DNA of 64,000 bases from Candidatus Woesebacteria bacterium GW2011_GWB1_39_10. GTDB lineage: Bacteria > Patescibacteriota > Microgenomatia > UBA8517. The position numbers were made by a program, and so were the translations under genes. The stretch covers positions 21,820 through 85,819 of the forward strand of contig LBVU01000003.1 in the NCBI GenBank assembly GCA_000993205.1, in the 5' to 3' direction. The first letter of the stretch is position 1; each line of letters starts with the position of its first letter. Shown piece after piece: positions 19,676-28,310 of this stretch. Under the pieces are notes generated by a model, which saw only the letters and a program-made list of their open reading frames with translations, had not been told where the DNA came from and ran no database searches.

Positions 19676-19704
19676 GATTGCTTCGCCTTGTTCGCAATGA
19701 CACC
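19676..19704. repeat. direct copy of GATTGCTTCG..TCGCAATGACAC motif downstream of the GIY-YIG gene
   Basis: Matches 19313-19344 and 19357-19368. Confidence 0.5.
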
Positions 19705-19729
19705 ACCTATTCACTTGCCACGACATTTT

Positions 19730-20374
19730 TTAATCCAACAATTCATTTCCAACAACTTTGCTAACAATACTCCACCCAAACCCTTTCCCTGCCAAATACT
19801 GTGACATTTTTTGTTTAGCAATTCTGGGTTCCAAGTTTTTCCACTTATACATTTTTCGCTCGATTAATTCTTTGGCCATTTTTTCTTCATCCACTTTAGT
19901 ACCATCTAAAACGTTTTCTATAATTTCTTTGACAATTCCTTTTTGTGTAAGTTCAATTTTTAGAATTCTGGTTGGTTTGGGTTTAAAATTCTGGCGCTGG
20001 TCAACCCACCACTTGGCAAATTTGAGGTCGTCTAAAAGTTCAAAATGTTTAAGTTTAGAAAGAAGTTCTTCCCACATACTTTCGTGGACTTTTTTACGCC
20101 TAAAATAATCCGTCACTTCTTTTTCGCTTCTGGGCCTAAGAGTTGCAAACCTCAAAAGCTTGTCTAAAGTTTTTTGAAACTCGGCTTTTTTTACAACCTC
20201 TTCCACTTCTTTTTCCGTAAGTTCCTGATCAACTTTTAGATGAAGCAGGACAAAGTTGTCCAGATCGATCCCGAATCCGAATTTGTCATCCAAATAAACA
20301 TTTACTCGATTTTTAGCTTTTTGTTGCTTGATGGAAGTGATGATGGGCATTTTGAAAGGGTCGGACCTTATCAA
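19730..20374 (-). CDS. recX: recombination regulator RecX
   Basis: Helical repeat protein immediately downstream of recA. Confidence 0.7.
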   Translation of the reverse strand: MIRSDPFKMPIITSIKQQKAKNRVNVYLDDKFGFGIDLDNFVLLHLKVDQELTEKEVEEVVKKAEFQKTLDKLLRFATLRPRSEKEVTDYFRRKKVHESMWEELLSKLKHFELLDDLKFAKWWVDQRQNFKPKPTRILKIELTQKGIVKEIIENVLDGTKVDEEKMAKELIERKMYKWKNLEPRIAKQKMSQYLAGKGFGWSIVSKVVGNELLD

Positions 20375-20404
20375 AACCTTTCAGCCTAAAAAGGTCCGAC
20401 CCTT
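20355..20404. repeat. REP-like hairpin AAAGGGTCGGACCTT-N21-AAGGTCCGACCCTTT in the recA-recX spacer
   Basis: Perfect 15-bp stem, related to the element at 18474-18518. Confidence 0.55.
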
Positions 20405-20416
20405 TTAGACCCAACC

Positions 20417-21505
20417 CTATTCTTCTTTGTCTTCCGTCTCACCAATTTCTTTTGGCAGGGGTTTGCCGGAGGCTACAACTTCGCGGATTTTTTTATCTAT
20501 TTCGTCGGCTACTTTGGGATTATCTTTTAGATAAAGTTTTGCGGCTTCTTTACCTTGAGCAATGGGCTTGCCCCCGTAATTAAAGAAGGATCCGTTCTTG
20601 CCAATTAATCCCAACTCAAGACCCACATCCAGTATTCCCCCAAATCTACTTATTCCTTCCGTTTCCATTATGTCAAATTCCGCAACCCTAAGTGGGGGTG
20701 CGCATTTGTTTTTGACTATTCTTGCCCTGTGGCGTGAACCAATTACTTTTTCGCCGTCTTTGAGAACTTCAATTCTTCTTAGGTCTATGCGGACTGATGA
20801 ATAAAATTTGAGAGCCAAGCCTCCCGGGGTTGTCTCGGGATTGCCAAACATAACTCCGATTTTTTGGCGAAGTTGGTTGGTGAATATAAGAACCGTTTTT
20901 GATTTTGAAATTGCGCCGGTAAGTTTTCTCAAAGCCTGACTCATAAGACGGGCCTGCATCCCCATAACTGCGTCCCCCATTTCACCTTCAAGTTCCGCTC
21001 TTGGAACTAGTGCGGCAACAGAGTCCACCACAACCACGTCGATTGCGCCGGAACGAATTAAGGTTTCAGTTATCTCCAAGGCTTGTTCACCGGTATCCGG
21101 CTGGGACATTAAAAGATTATCGAGGTCCACCCCAAGAGTTTCGGCACGAACAGGGTCGAGTGCGTGTTCTGCGTCTACAAAAGCGCATTGCCCGCCTAGC
21201 TTTTGAGCTTGGGCAATTACTGAAAGGGCCAACGTAGTTTTACCAGAGGCTTCAGGACCGTAAACTTCTATAATGCGCCCTCTTGGAAACCCTCCAATAC
21301 CAAGAGCAAGGTCAACCGCGATGGAGCCTGTGGAAATTACATCGAATTTAAATTTCTCGCCGCTATCTCCGCCGAGACGCATAATACTTCCCTTACCGTA
21401 TTGCTTTTCGATTTGATCCATCGCCAAACGAATCGCCGCAAGTTTTTGTGTGCCGCCTTCTTGTTTAGTTGGAGCCTCAGTTTCGGGTTTTTTGTGTTTC
21501 ACCAT
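20417..21505 (-). CDS. recA: recombinase RecA
   Basis: GPEASGKTT Walker A, L1/L2 loops, full-length conservation. Confidence 0.95.
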   Translation of the reverse strand: MVKHKKPETEAPTKQEGGTQKLAAIRLAMDQIEKQYGKGSIMRLGGDSGEKFKFDVISTGSIAVDLALGIGGFPRGRIIEVYGPEASGKTTLALSVIAQAQKLGGQCAFVDAEHALDPVRAETLGVDLDNLLMSQPDTGEQALEITETLIRSGAIDVVVVDSVAALVPRAELEGEMGDAVMGMQARLMSQALRKLTGAISKSKTVLIFTNQLRQKIGVMFGNPETTPGGLALKFYSSVRIDLRRIEVLKDGEKVIGSRHRARIVKNKCAPPLRVAEFDIMETEGISRFGGILDVGLELGLIGKNGSFFNYGGKPIAQGKEAAKLYLKDNPKVADEIDKKIREVVASGKPLPKEIGETEDKEE

Positions 21506-21572
21506 TACGCTACATTTGTACTATGGCACCAAACAAAATGCAAGAAGTAAAATAAAAGTGAAGTCGACCTAT

Positions 21573-21646
21573 TGGTCGGGGTGCTGAGAATTGAACTCAG
21601 TCCGGACGCACCCCATGCGCCCATTCTACCGGTAAACTACACCCCG
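21573..21646 (-). tRNA. tRNA-Pro (anticodon GGG), CCA encoded
   Basis: Manual fold. Acceptor stem CGGGGTG/CACCCCG, T-arm CTGAG-TTCAATT-CTCAG, anticodon loop AT-GGG-GT with U33 and G37. Confidence 0.7.
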
Positions 21647-21715
21647 CTCATGCGTATTTTACCACGAGGCGCTTTAAATGCCGAGTGGCAAGCTTTGCTT
21701 ATCAGAAAAGAGAAG

Positions 21716-21949
21716 TTATTCCCAACCGAATTCAACGAAAGAAATTCCGTCTTTGTAGTTTTCAATCACTTCCCTAACGTGAGGCAGAGTATGTTCGGGC
21801 AAATTATTAATTGGGAACCAACTCATATCGTCAGACTTATTTAACTCTTTGATGATTGGTTCCCCTTCCCATTTTTCGGCAATAAAAAAGAAGTCCATAT
21901 ATTCCATACCATCGTCGGACATTCTATGAAGCACCTTTAACGATTTCAT
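21716..21949 (-). pseudogene. C-terminal fragment of a MutT/NUDIX hydrolase (Nudix box missing)
   Basis: FFFIAEKWEGEP...WFPINNLPEHTLP aligns to the C-terminal half of MutT. No GX5EX7REUXEEXGU box is encoded upstream. Confidence 0.4.
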
Positions 21950-22003
21950 ATCTCTTTTTAAAACTTTTATCTGGCATTTCTGAAGTATATCAAAAACATA
22001 AGA

Positions 22004-22036
22004 ATTGGGGTATTTAGGGAGATTGGGGTGATTGGT
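22004..22036. repeat. 33-nt repeat R1 (AATTGGGGTATTTAGGGAGATTGGGGTGATTGG), 29/33 identical to 1931-1963
   Basis: Seen in the sequence. Here it is noncoding, 10 nt past the nuclease-B stop. In paralog A it is coding. Confidence 0.6.
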
Positions 22037-22046
22037 GAACTACAAA

Positions 22047-22754
22047 TTATTTCGGGCAGTTGGGTTCTTTCTTAATAAAACCCGCGGATTTTGCTTCGCT
22101 TACCGTGCAAAACCAATCTTCTCCGCGAAATCTTTCAACCAGCGCCTGACCATAATTTGCGCACCCAGGAACAGTATAAGTATTACCATCTCCATGATAT
22201 GAAACTTGACCCTTAACTACGCAGCCAACTTTAGGGGGCTTACTTGGCGAGCATTTTTCAGAATAAATGCCAATTTTATTATCTCTAGCATAATTATTTG
22301 CATCGTTAATTATTTTAGATTCACTATTTCCAAAGCCATGATCGGATGCCAATCCATTCTTGGCCATGTATTCGTTTATGAATTCGCCATCCAAATAAAC
22401 ATATGCTTGAACTCGCTTGTAATAATCTGTCCTGGGAGATTTTAAAATAACTTTTTTACCTAAAATCTTTTTTTCCAAAGCCTCTTTTGCCTCTTTCCCA
22501 AAACAATATTCCAAAGCAGGGGCGTCAATACCAAAGAAACGTATACTTTGGCGATTTGCAATCGTAAAAGTGTCGCCGTCAATAATACTGGTGACAATTT
22601 CTCCCGGGTTAATAACTCGCTTGGCAACCCCAACACTGCCTGCAATAATAGCAACAGCTCCTGCAGTAATAGCAATTTTTTTCAAATTATTGTTAGGGTG
22701 TTTGGGGGATTTAGCCCTTCGACTTCGCTCAGGATCTTTAGAGAGCTTTGACAT
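22047..22754 (-). CDS. membrane-anchored thermonuclease (SNase-like) with Cys-rich C-terminal extension, paralog B
   Basis: IDGDTFTI...RFFGIDAPA SNase motifs, TM helix, C-terminal CxxxxC...C region. Confidence 0.7.
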   Translation of the reverse strand: MSKLSKDPERSRRAKSPKHPNNNLKKIAITAGAVAIIAGSVGVAKRVINPGEIVTSIIDGDTFTIANRQSIRFFGIDAPALEYCFGKEAKEALEKKILGKKVILKSPRTDYYKRVQAYVYLDGEFINEYMAKNGLASDHGFGNSESKIINDANNYARDNKIGIYSEKCSPSKPPKVGCVVKGQVSYHGDGNTYTVPGCANYGQALVERFRGEDWFCTVSEAKSAGFIKKEPNCPK

Positions 22755-22804
22755 TAATTAATGGTATCATTTTCCCTAAACCAACAAAAATCAAAGTTTG
22801 TGTT

Positions 22805-22832
22805 TTGCTACAGTGATACATAGCACTGTAGC
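22805..22832. promoter_or_regulatory. perfect palindrome TGCTACAGTG-ATACATAG-CACTGTAGCA (copy 1 of 3)
   Basis: About 30 nt upstream of the HAD-hydrolase GTG start. Same family as 32356-32383 and 32961-32988. Confidence 0.55.
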
Positions 22833-22864
22833 AAAAGGATATTGGGTTGTGATAAAATTAAGTC

Positions 22865-23335
22865 GTGATAAAGGCTTTTCTCTTTGACTTTTCCAGAACT
22901 TTACTTTTTCCCAAAGATAAGAATTACACTGGCGGATTAAATAGTCTTCATAAGGGGTTATCTGAAAATGCTAATTACAGATTTTTAGACAATTTCGAGT
23001 TAAACAAAGAGTTGATGGACTATCTTTTTTCGATAAAAGAAAAAATGTCGATTTATATGTTTACTTCTGAAACGATACAGGAAACGCCAGAAATAAAAAG
23101 CGGCGTTTCAAAAGTTTTTTCCAGAATATTTTCTGCCAAAGAAATGGGGATGGATAAAAAAGATCCTGAAACTTACAAGTTTATTTCTAACGAATTAAAA
23201 CTTGAACCAAATGAAATTGTTTTTGTAGACGACAATTCTAAAAACATTGAAGCAGCAAAAAAAGCAGGGATAAATGTTTTTCAATATAAAAATAACTCTG
23301 TTATTGACAATTTAGAGGAAATTAGGGGATTCTAA
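22865..23335 (+). CDS. HAD-superfamily hydrolase (subfamily IA-like)
   Basis: FDFSRTL...FVDD motifs. GTG start with no Shine-Dalgarno. Confidence 0.5.
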   Translation: MIKAFLFDFSRTLLFPKDKNYTGGLNSLHKGLSENANYRFLDNFELNKELMDYLFSIKEKMSIYMFTSETIQETPEIKSGVSKVFSRIFSAKEMGMDKKDPETYKFISNELKLEPNEIVFVDDNSKNIEAAKKAGINVFQYKNNSVIDNLEEIRGF

Positions 23336-23348
23336 AGGACTACAAATT

Positions 23349-23759
23349 TTAACGCTTCGGGCTTTGTCTCTTTCTGCGGGATTTTCCACCCATTCCAACC
23401 ATCCTTCGTTGGCGGACACGGGAGTCGCGGGTTAACAATTTGAGTTTTCTGAGGACCACTCTGTTTTTTTCCGGGGCAATTTTAAGTAAGGCGCGGGACA
23501 GGGCAAGAACTAGAGCTGAAAGCTGTCCGTTTTTGCCTCCACCGGTAACGCGACCAGAATAATAATACTTGTCGGAAGTTTCTGTTGCTCCAAACGGTTT
23601 TGTTAGTGTTTTTGCATTAACCTCTCCCTCAAAATATTTGTTCCAAGGCATTCCGTTAACCGTGTTTTCCCCTTTTCCATGATAAACTCTGACCCTTGCC
23701 TGAGAAGTCTTTCTTCTTCCTACTCCATACAAATAGTCAATTTTCTTAAGTTTAGCCAT
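23349..23759 (-). CDS. rpsI: 30S ribosomal protein S9
   Basis: C-terminal ...GKSRRKRQSPKR. Confidence 0.9.
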   Translation of the reverse strand: MAKLKKIDYLYGVGRRKTSQARVRVYHGKGENTVNGMPWNKYFEGEVNAKTLTKPFGATETSDKYYYSGRVTGGGKNGQLSALVLALSRALLKIAPEKNRVVLRKLKLLTRDSRVRQRRMVGMGGKSRRKRQSPKR

Positions 23760-23760
23760 C

Positions 23761-24153
23761 TTATTTTTTATCCCCTATTACCACCGTCAGCCTCTTCATT
23801 CTTTCTGCCTTCAATTTATTGTCAGGGAGCATCCCTTCGACAGCGTGCTCAAGCACGCGCTCAGGGTGAACTTCCATCATTCTTGCATATTTTACCTCTT
23901 TGAAACCACCGGGGTAACCGGAGTGACTTTGATAAACTTTTTGTTGGGCCTTCCTGCCTGTTACAACCACCTTGTCTGCATTTGTCACGATTATTTTGTC
24001 TCCCGAATCCATATGACGGCTGTAAGTAGCTTTGTCTTTACCCATGAGTCCTATGGCAATTTCGGTTGCGATTCTCCCTAAAACTTTTCCACCCGCATCG
24101 ATTGTGCGTGTGTCTCTTTTTACTTCTTTTTTTGTAGGTTGAAATGTCCTCAT
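23761..24153 (-). CDS. rplM: 50S ribosomal protein L13
   Basis: Family conservation. Confidence 0.9.
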   Translation of the reverse strand: MRTFQPTKKEVKRDTRTIDAGGKVLGRIATEIAIGLMGKDKATYSRHMDSGDKIIVTNADKVVVTGRKAQQKVYQSHSGYPGGFKEVKYARMMEVHPERVLEHAVEGMLPDNKLKAERMKRLTVVIGDKK

Positions 24154-24608
24154 TATTTAAGTTTCTCCTTTACTTTTACTGTCTTTTTGATTTTTTCCGC
24201 TTTTTTGAGTGTTTTTTCTTTCTTAGTTTTTAATTCTTCGTTTTTAATTATAGTCTCCGTCCATTCCATTCTAACCACCTGCGCATTGTCCCCTTTACGC
24301 CTAGGAAGAGAAATTATTCTTGTAAACCCGGATGTTCTTGACACAAAAACCGGAACTACATTTTTAAACAATGCTTCCAGCGCATCTTTGGAATTGTCGA
24401 GACTTGCCAAAATCCTACGCCTGCCGGATAGTTCCCCTTTTTTTGCCAATGTAACAAACTTTTCCAAATCGGGCTGAACCGCCTTTGCTTTTGCTCGGGT
24501 AGTTACTATTTTTCCACTTAACATCATGGCCCGCGCAAGAGAAGCAAACAATGCTTCACGAGCTGGCCTACTTCGGGAAAGCTTTCTTCCGAACACCTTT
24601 TTGTTCAT
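24153..24608 (-). CDS. rplQ: 50S ribosomal protein L17 (with C-terminal Lys-rich extension)
   Basis: Family conservation. Confidence 0.85.
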   Translation of the reverse strand: MNKKVFGRKLSRSRPAREALFASLARAMMLSGKIVTTRAKAKAVQPDLEKFVTLAKKGELSGRRRILASLDNSKDALEALFKNVVPVFVSRTSGFTRIISLPRRKGDNAQVVRMEWTETIIKNEELKTKKEKTLKKAEKIKKTVKVKEKLK

Positions 24609-24614
24609 ATTGTG

Positions 24615-25532
24615 TTACTTGATCGCGAGAAACTCGACCCCTTTGGTTCCGAGCGCGGCTGCGATTATTTTGAGGGACTTTTCACCCAAGTTTCTAACAT
24701 TTACAAGATCTTCCTTCTTGGCATAGGCAAGTTCCTCAACTGTCTCAAATCCCGCTTTTATAAGAGCGTTTGCAACCCTTGTAGGAAGACCTATCTCTTC
24801 TACAGAAAGTTTACCGACTAGGCCTAAGTCATCTTTCTTTTCGATTTCTGCCTTTTCAACTTTCTTGGGATTTAAGATCTGGCCAAAATATGAAAGTAAA
24901 ATTTTTGCCGATTCGGTTAAGGCAACTTCCGGGTCCATTGTTCCATCAGTCCAAATTTCCAAAGAAAGTTTGTCATAATTCGTAAGTCTTCCAACACGGG
25001 TTTCCTCGATTTTGTAACTCACACGTTTGACAGGGGAGAAAGAGGCGTCGACCGGAATCATTCCAATTGTTTCTGCTGGACGTTCTTCCGCAAGCGAGTA
25101 GCCGGTTCCTTTTTCGATTGTTAATTCGGCCTGAATTTTGGAGCCTTTATTGAGTGTCCCCAAAATCTGATCAGGGTTTGCTACGGCCACTCCGGAACCG
25201 ACCTTAATATCCTTGGCTGTAAACTGACCACTTTTGGATACCTCAATAGTAGCCTTTACAGGCTTCTCAAAATCTCCTGAAAATCTAACTTTTTTAAGAT
25301 TGAGAACAAACTCAACAATGTCTTCTTTCATGCCCGCAAGTGTTGAAAACTGGTGTTTAACACCGGAGATTTTGACAGAAGTCACGGCAATTCCCGAAAG
25401 AGAAGTTAAAAGAACACGGCGAAGAGAATTTCCTACGGTCAAACCATATCCCCGCTCCAAAGGAGTAATTACGAACTTTCCGTAATCTGCGCTTTTCTCT
25501 TCTTCTTTAATTTCAAACATTGGATCATTCAT
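24615..25532 (-). CDS. rpoA: DNA-directed RNA polymerase subunit alpha
   Basis: N-terminal dimerisation domain and a C-terminal domain with a helix-hairpin-helix. Confidence 0.9.
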   Translation of the reverse strand: MNDPMFEIKEEEKSADYGKFVITPLERGYGLTVGNSLRRVLLTSLSGIAVTSVKISGVKHQFSTLAGMKEDIVEFVLNLKKVRFSGDFEKPVKATIEVSKSGQFTAKDIKVGSGVAVANPDQILGTLNKGSKIQAELTIEKGTGYSLAEERPAETIGMIPVDASFSPVKRVSYKIEETRVGRLTNYDKLSLEIWTDGTMDPEVALTESAKILLSYFGQILNPKKVEKAEIEKKDDLGLVGKLSVEEIGLPTRVANALIKAGFETVEELAYAKKEDLVNVRNLGEKSLKIIAAALGTKGVEFLAIK

Positions 25533-25583
25533 TTTTCTTTCAAAATACAGTCCCTACTTAAGGGACTAGGGTGTATTATAATC

Positions 25584-26192
25584 CTACCTGCTGTAGAATT
25601 CAACTATATCTTGTTCACTGATAGGTTCGACTATGTCTGCTCTTACGGGAGCCTTGACAATCTTGCCGACAGCAGCTTTCCGGTCAAGCCAGCCGGGTAA
25701 AGTAAAGTCTTCTTTATCTAGTTTGTCTAGAGTGCTCTTAACCTCAGGGATTGCGATAGCCTTGGAATCAATCCCAACAGTGTCCCCAACTTTAACTTTA
25801 TACGAAGGAATGTTCAATTTTTTGCCGTTAACCAAAACATGTCTGTGAGACACGAGCTGTCTGGCTGCCGGACGGCTGGGAGCAAAACCAAGTCTGAATA
25901 CCACATTGTCCAAACGTTCTTCAAGGCTAATCAACAGGGCTTCCCCTGTATTTCCCCTGGTTTTTGCGGCCTCATCAACATATCTCCTAAACTGAGCCTC
26001 CATTAAACCGTAAATCCTTTTTACCTTTTGTTTTTCCCTAAGCTGTCTGCCAAATTGGGAAGATCCGCGGGTTCCTTTGGCTCCATGAACGCCGGGAGGC
26101 ACGTTAAGCCTGGTAAGCTTTGTGCCCGCGCTAAAAATATCAAAGTTTTCCCGTCTGCTTAGTCTGTCTTTTGGTCCTGTATATCTTGCCAT
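25584..26192 (-). CDS. rpsD: 30S ribosomal protein S4
   Basis: MARYTGPK start chosen. The track's longer GTG-start form runs to 26213. Confidence 0.85.
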   Translation of the reverse strand: MARYTGPKDRLSRRENFDIFSAGTKLTRLNVPPGVHGAKGTRGSSQFGRQLREKQKVKRIYGLMEAQFRRYVDEAAKTRGNTGEALLISLEERLDNVVFRLGFAPSRPAARQLVSHRHVLVNGKKLNIPSYKVKVGDTVGIDSKAIAIPEVKSTLDKLDKEDFTLPGWLDRKAAVGKIVKAPVRADIVEPISEQDIVEFYSR

Positions 26193-26253
26193 GGTTCGAT
26201 TCGTTTCACTCACTCACCACTATAGTCCCGATTCGCTCCTTCCTGTTTGTTTT

Positions 26254-26295
26254 AAATTCTTAATTCTTAATTCGTAATTCATAATTCATAATTCT
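26254..26295. repeat. six tandem heptamers (TAATTCN)x6 in the rpsK-rpsD spacer (rpsD leader)
   Basis: Seen in the sequence. Confidence 0.6.
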
Positions 26296-26299
26296 TCTT

Positions 26300-26707
26300 T
26301 TATACTCTTCGTTTCTTCTTCGGTCTTGGTCCGTTGTGCGGAACCGGTGTAACGTCAGCTATTAAAGCTATCTTAACTCCCGTTGCGCGTATTGCGCGAA
26401 GCGCGGCATCGCGACCGGGGCCAGGACCTTTAACATAAACTTCAACCTCGTCAACACCGTGTTCATTTTTAGCTTTGCCAAGTACTTTTTCAACTGCGGT
26501 CGTTGCAGCGTAAGGTGTTGATTTTCTGGTCCCTTTAAACCCCGAGGCGCCCGATGAACCCCAGGCCAAAGTTTCTCCCCGCACGTTCGTTACGGTCACC
26601 AGAGTATTGTTAAAAGAGGCAGAAATATAAACCTTACCCAACTGGGCCGCGTTTGAGGAGGCGTTTATACCCTTTGCTTTTGTTTTCGCTTTTATTTTTG
26701 TTGCCAT
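26300..26707 (-). CDS. rpsK: 30S ribosomal protein S11
   Basis: Family conservation. Confidence 0.9.
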   Translation of the reverse strand: MATKIKAKTKAKGINASSNAAQLGKVYISASFNNTLVTVTNVRGETLAWGSSGASGFKGTRKSTPYAATTAVEKVLGKAKNEHGVDEVEVYVKGPGPGRDAALRAIRATGVKIALIADVTPVPHNGPRPKKKRRV

Positions 26708-26723
26708 TTACGTTTGTTAAAGT

Positions 26724-27137
26724 TTATTTTTTGGCCTCTTCAGCTTTTCCGGCAGTCATCTTGCTTAACATCTCTTTTTTGAAAGCTCCAACCGTCTTTC
26801 TCTTGCCGCGTTTTGTACGGGCGTTTGTTTTAGTTCTCTGACCTCTCACAGGTAGACCCTTGGTGTGCCTCATTCCACGATACGAACCTATTACTTGCAA
26901 CCTTTGGATATTCCCTCTAACCATTCTAAAAAGATCGCCTTCAATCGAATATTTTTCGAGTTCGGTAGAAATTTTAACAACCTCATCTGCAGAAAGATCG
27001 GAAATCCTCTTTTTGGAGTCAATTCCGGCGTCTTTCATGATTCTTTTGGACAAAGACCATCCTAAACCCTTGACTTTAGTCAGGGCATAATCAACCTTCC
27101 AATTGTCTTGTAATTCGATTCCTGCAATACGTGCCAT
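26724..27137 (-). CDS. rpsM: 30S ribosomal protein S13
   Basis: Family conservation. Confidence 0.9.
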   Translation of the reverse strand: MARIAGIELQDNWKVDYALTKVKGLGWSLSKRIMKDAGIDSKKRISDLSADEVVKISTELEKYSIEGDLFRMVRGNIQRLQVIGSYRGMRHTKGLPVRGQRTKTNARTKRGKRKTVGAFKKEMLSKMTAGKAEEAKK

Positions 27138-27195
27138 ATGTGTTTAAATTAAAAGTTTAAAGTTAAAAGTTAAAAATTTTGAATTTTGAACTAGC

Positions 27196-27309
27196 TCACC
27201 CTTGTCTCTGTTTATGCCTCGGGTTTTTACAAACGATATAAAGCACCCCGTGGCGCTTAACAATCTTGCAATCCTTACATCGTGCTTTAATTGAACTTAT
27301 AACTTTCAT
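27196..27309 (-). CDS. rpmJ: 50S ribosomal protein L36 (zinc-binding, 37 aa)
   Basis: Not in the ORF track. [43 protein letters not shown] Shine-Dalgarno present. Confidence 0.85.
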   Translation of the reverse strand: MKVISSIKARCKDCKIVKRHGVLYIVCKNPRHKQRQG

Positions 27310-27333
27310 ATTCGCTCCTTCCAGTCGCAGTAC

Positions 27334-27549
27334 TTAGTACTTGTAGATAATTCTTCCTCTGGCCTCGTCGTATGGCGTCATTTCCACCTTTACTCTATCG
27401 CCGGGGAATATTCTAACATATGCCCTCCTCATTTTCCCCTTCAAAGTGACCAAGATTAGCCTGCCGTCTGTCAGTTGTACCCGAAACATAGTATTGGGTA
27501 ATGCTTGCAAAACGGCCCCATCAACCTCAACTGTACTTTGGTTTTTCAT
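27334..27549 (-). CDS. infA: translation initiation factor IF-1
   Basis: S1-like OB fold, 71 aa. Confidence 0.9.
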   Translation of the reverse strand: MKNQSTVEVDGAVLQALPNTMFRVQLTDGRLILVTLKGKMRRAYVRIFPGDRVKVEMTPYDEARGRIIYKY

Positions 27550-28310
27550 CGAGTGAGAACTAACGCTCCTTCCCCGGTCACCGCAACGGTCTCTTCAAAA
27601 AGTCCTGCTATTTTACCATCAGTCATGGCTATTGTCCACCCGTCTTCCAAAACCTCGACTTTATCGCCCCCCTGGGCATACATTACCTCGACTGCCAAAA
27701 CCATTCCCTCCTTGATTTGAGGGCTATCGGAAATTTTACCCGGAATAAAGCATGGAATCTGAGGATCTTCGTGAAGCTCCCTGCCCACCCCGTGTCCTAC
27801 CAGTGCCTTTATTGTAGTAAAGCCTGCTGCCTCTATGGTCGATTCTATGGCCTGGCTGATATCATATATATAGTTACCGGCCTTAACCTTCGAAATCGCC
27901 TTTTCCAGAGCGTTTTGGCCAATATTGAGGAATTTTTTGTTTTCCGGGTTCAAATTTATTCCAACTGAGGCAGAAGTGTCGGTATGGAAACCCTTAAAAT
28001 GGACCCCAACATCTATACTTACCAAGTCTCCGTCCTTAAAAATCATATCCCGGCTCGGAATTCCGTGGACCAGACCTTCGTTGACATTTATACATGTTGC
28101 CCAAGAATAGCCCGGCACCTTGGCAAAAGAGGCTTCAGCCCCTTCTGCGTGGATCAGATCCATTGCGAGATCTTCGATATCTGAAGCGTGCACCCCGGCT
28201 TTGACAGCCTCTTTGAGGGCATTTTTTACTCGAGCAAGTTTTTTACCCCCCTCGGCCATAATTTGAATTTCCTCCGGAGTTTTGATTTTAATGGCCATGA
28301 GATTTGACAA
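27546..28310 (-). CDS. map: methionine aminopeptidase type I
   Basis: Pita-bread fold with metal ligands. Confidence 0.9.
   Translation of the reverse strand: MSNLMAIKIKTPEEIQIMAEGGKKLARVKNALKEAVKAGVHASDIEDLAMDLIHAEGAEASFAKVPGYSWATCINVNEGLVHGIPSRDMIFKDGDLVSIDVGVHFKGFHTDTSASVGINLNPENKKFLNIGQNALEKAISKVKAGNYIYDISQAIESTIEAAGFTTIKALVGHGVGRELHEDPQIPCFIPGKISDSPQIKEGMVLAVEVMYAQGGDKVEVLEDGWTIAMTDGKIAGLFEETVAVTGEGALVLTR

Noticed and set aside
19280-19704. Group I intron with GIY-YIG homing endonuclease
   Set aside because: No interrupted host gene flanks the element. The YhbQ-type GIY-YIG proteins are not classical intron endonucleases.
21572-21844. 90-aa plus-strand ORF
   Set aside because: Overlaps tRNA-Pro on the opposite strand and has no expression signals.
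26254-26295. Possible CRISPR-like array of short repeats
   Set aside because: Units are 7 nt with no spacers. It is a simple tandem repeat in an mRNA leader, not a CRISPR array.
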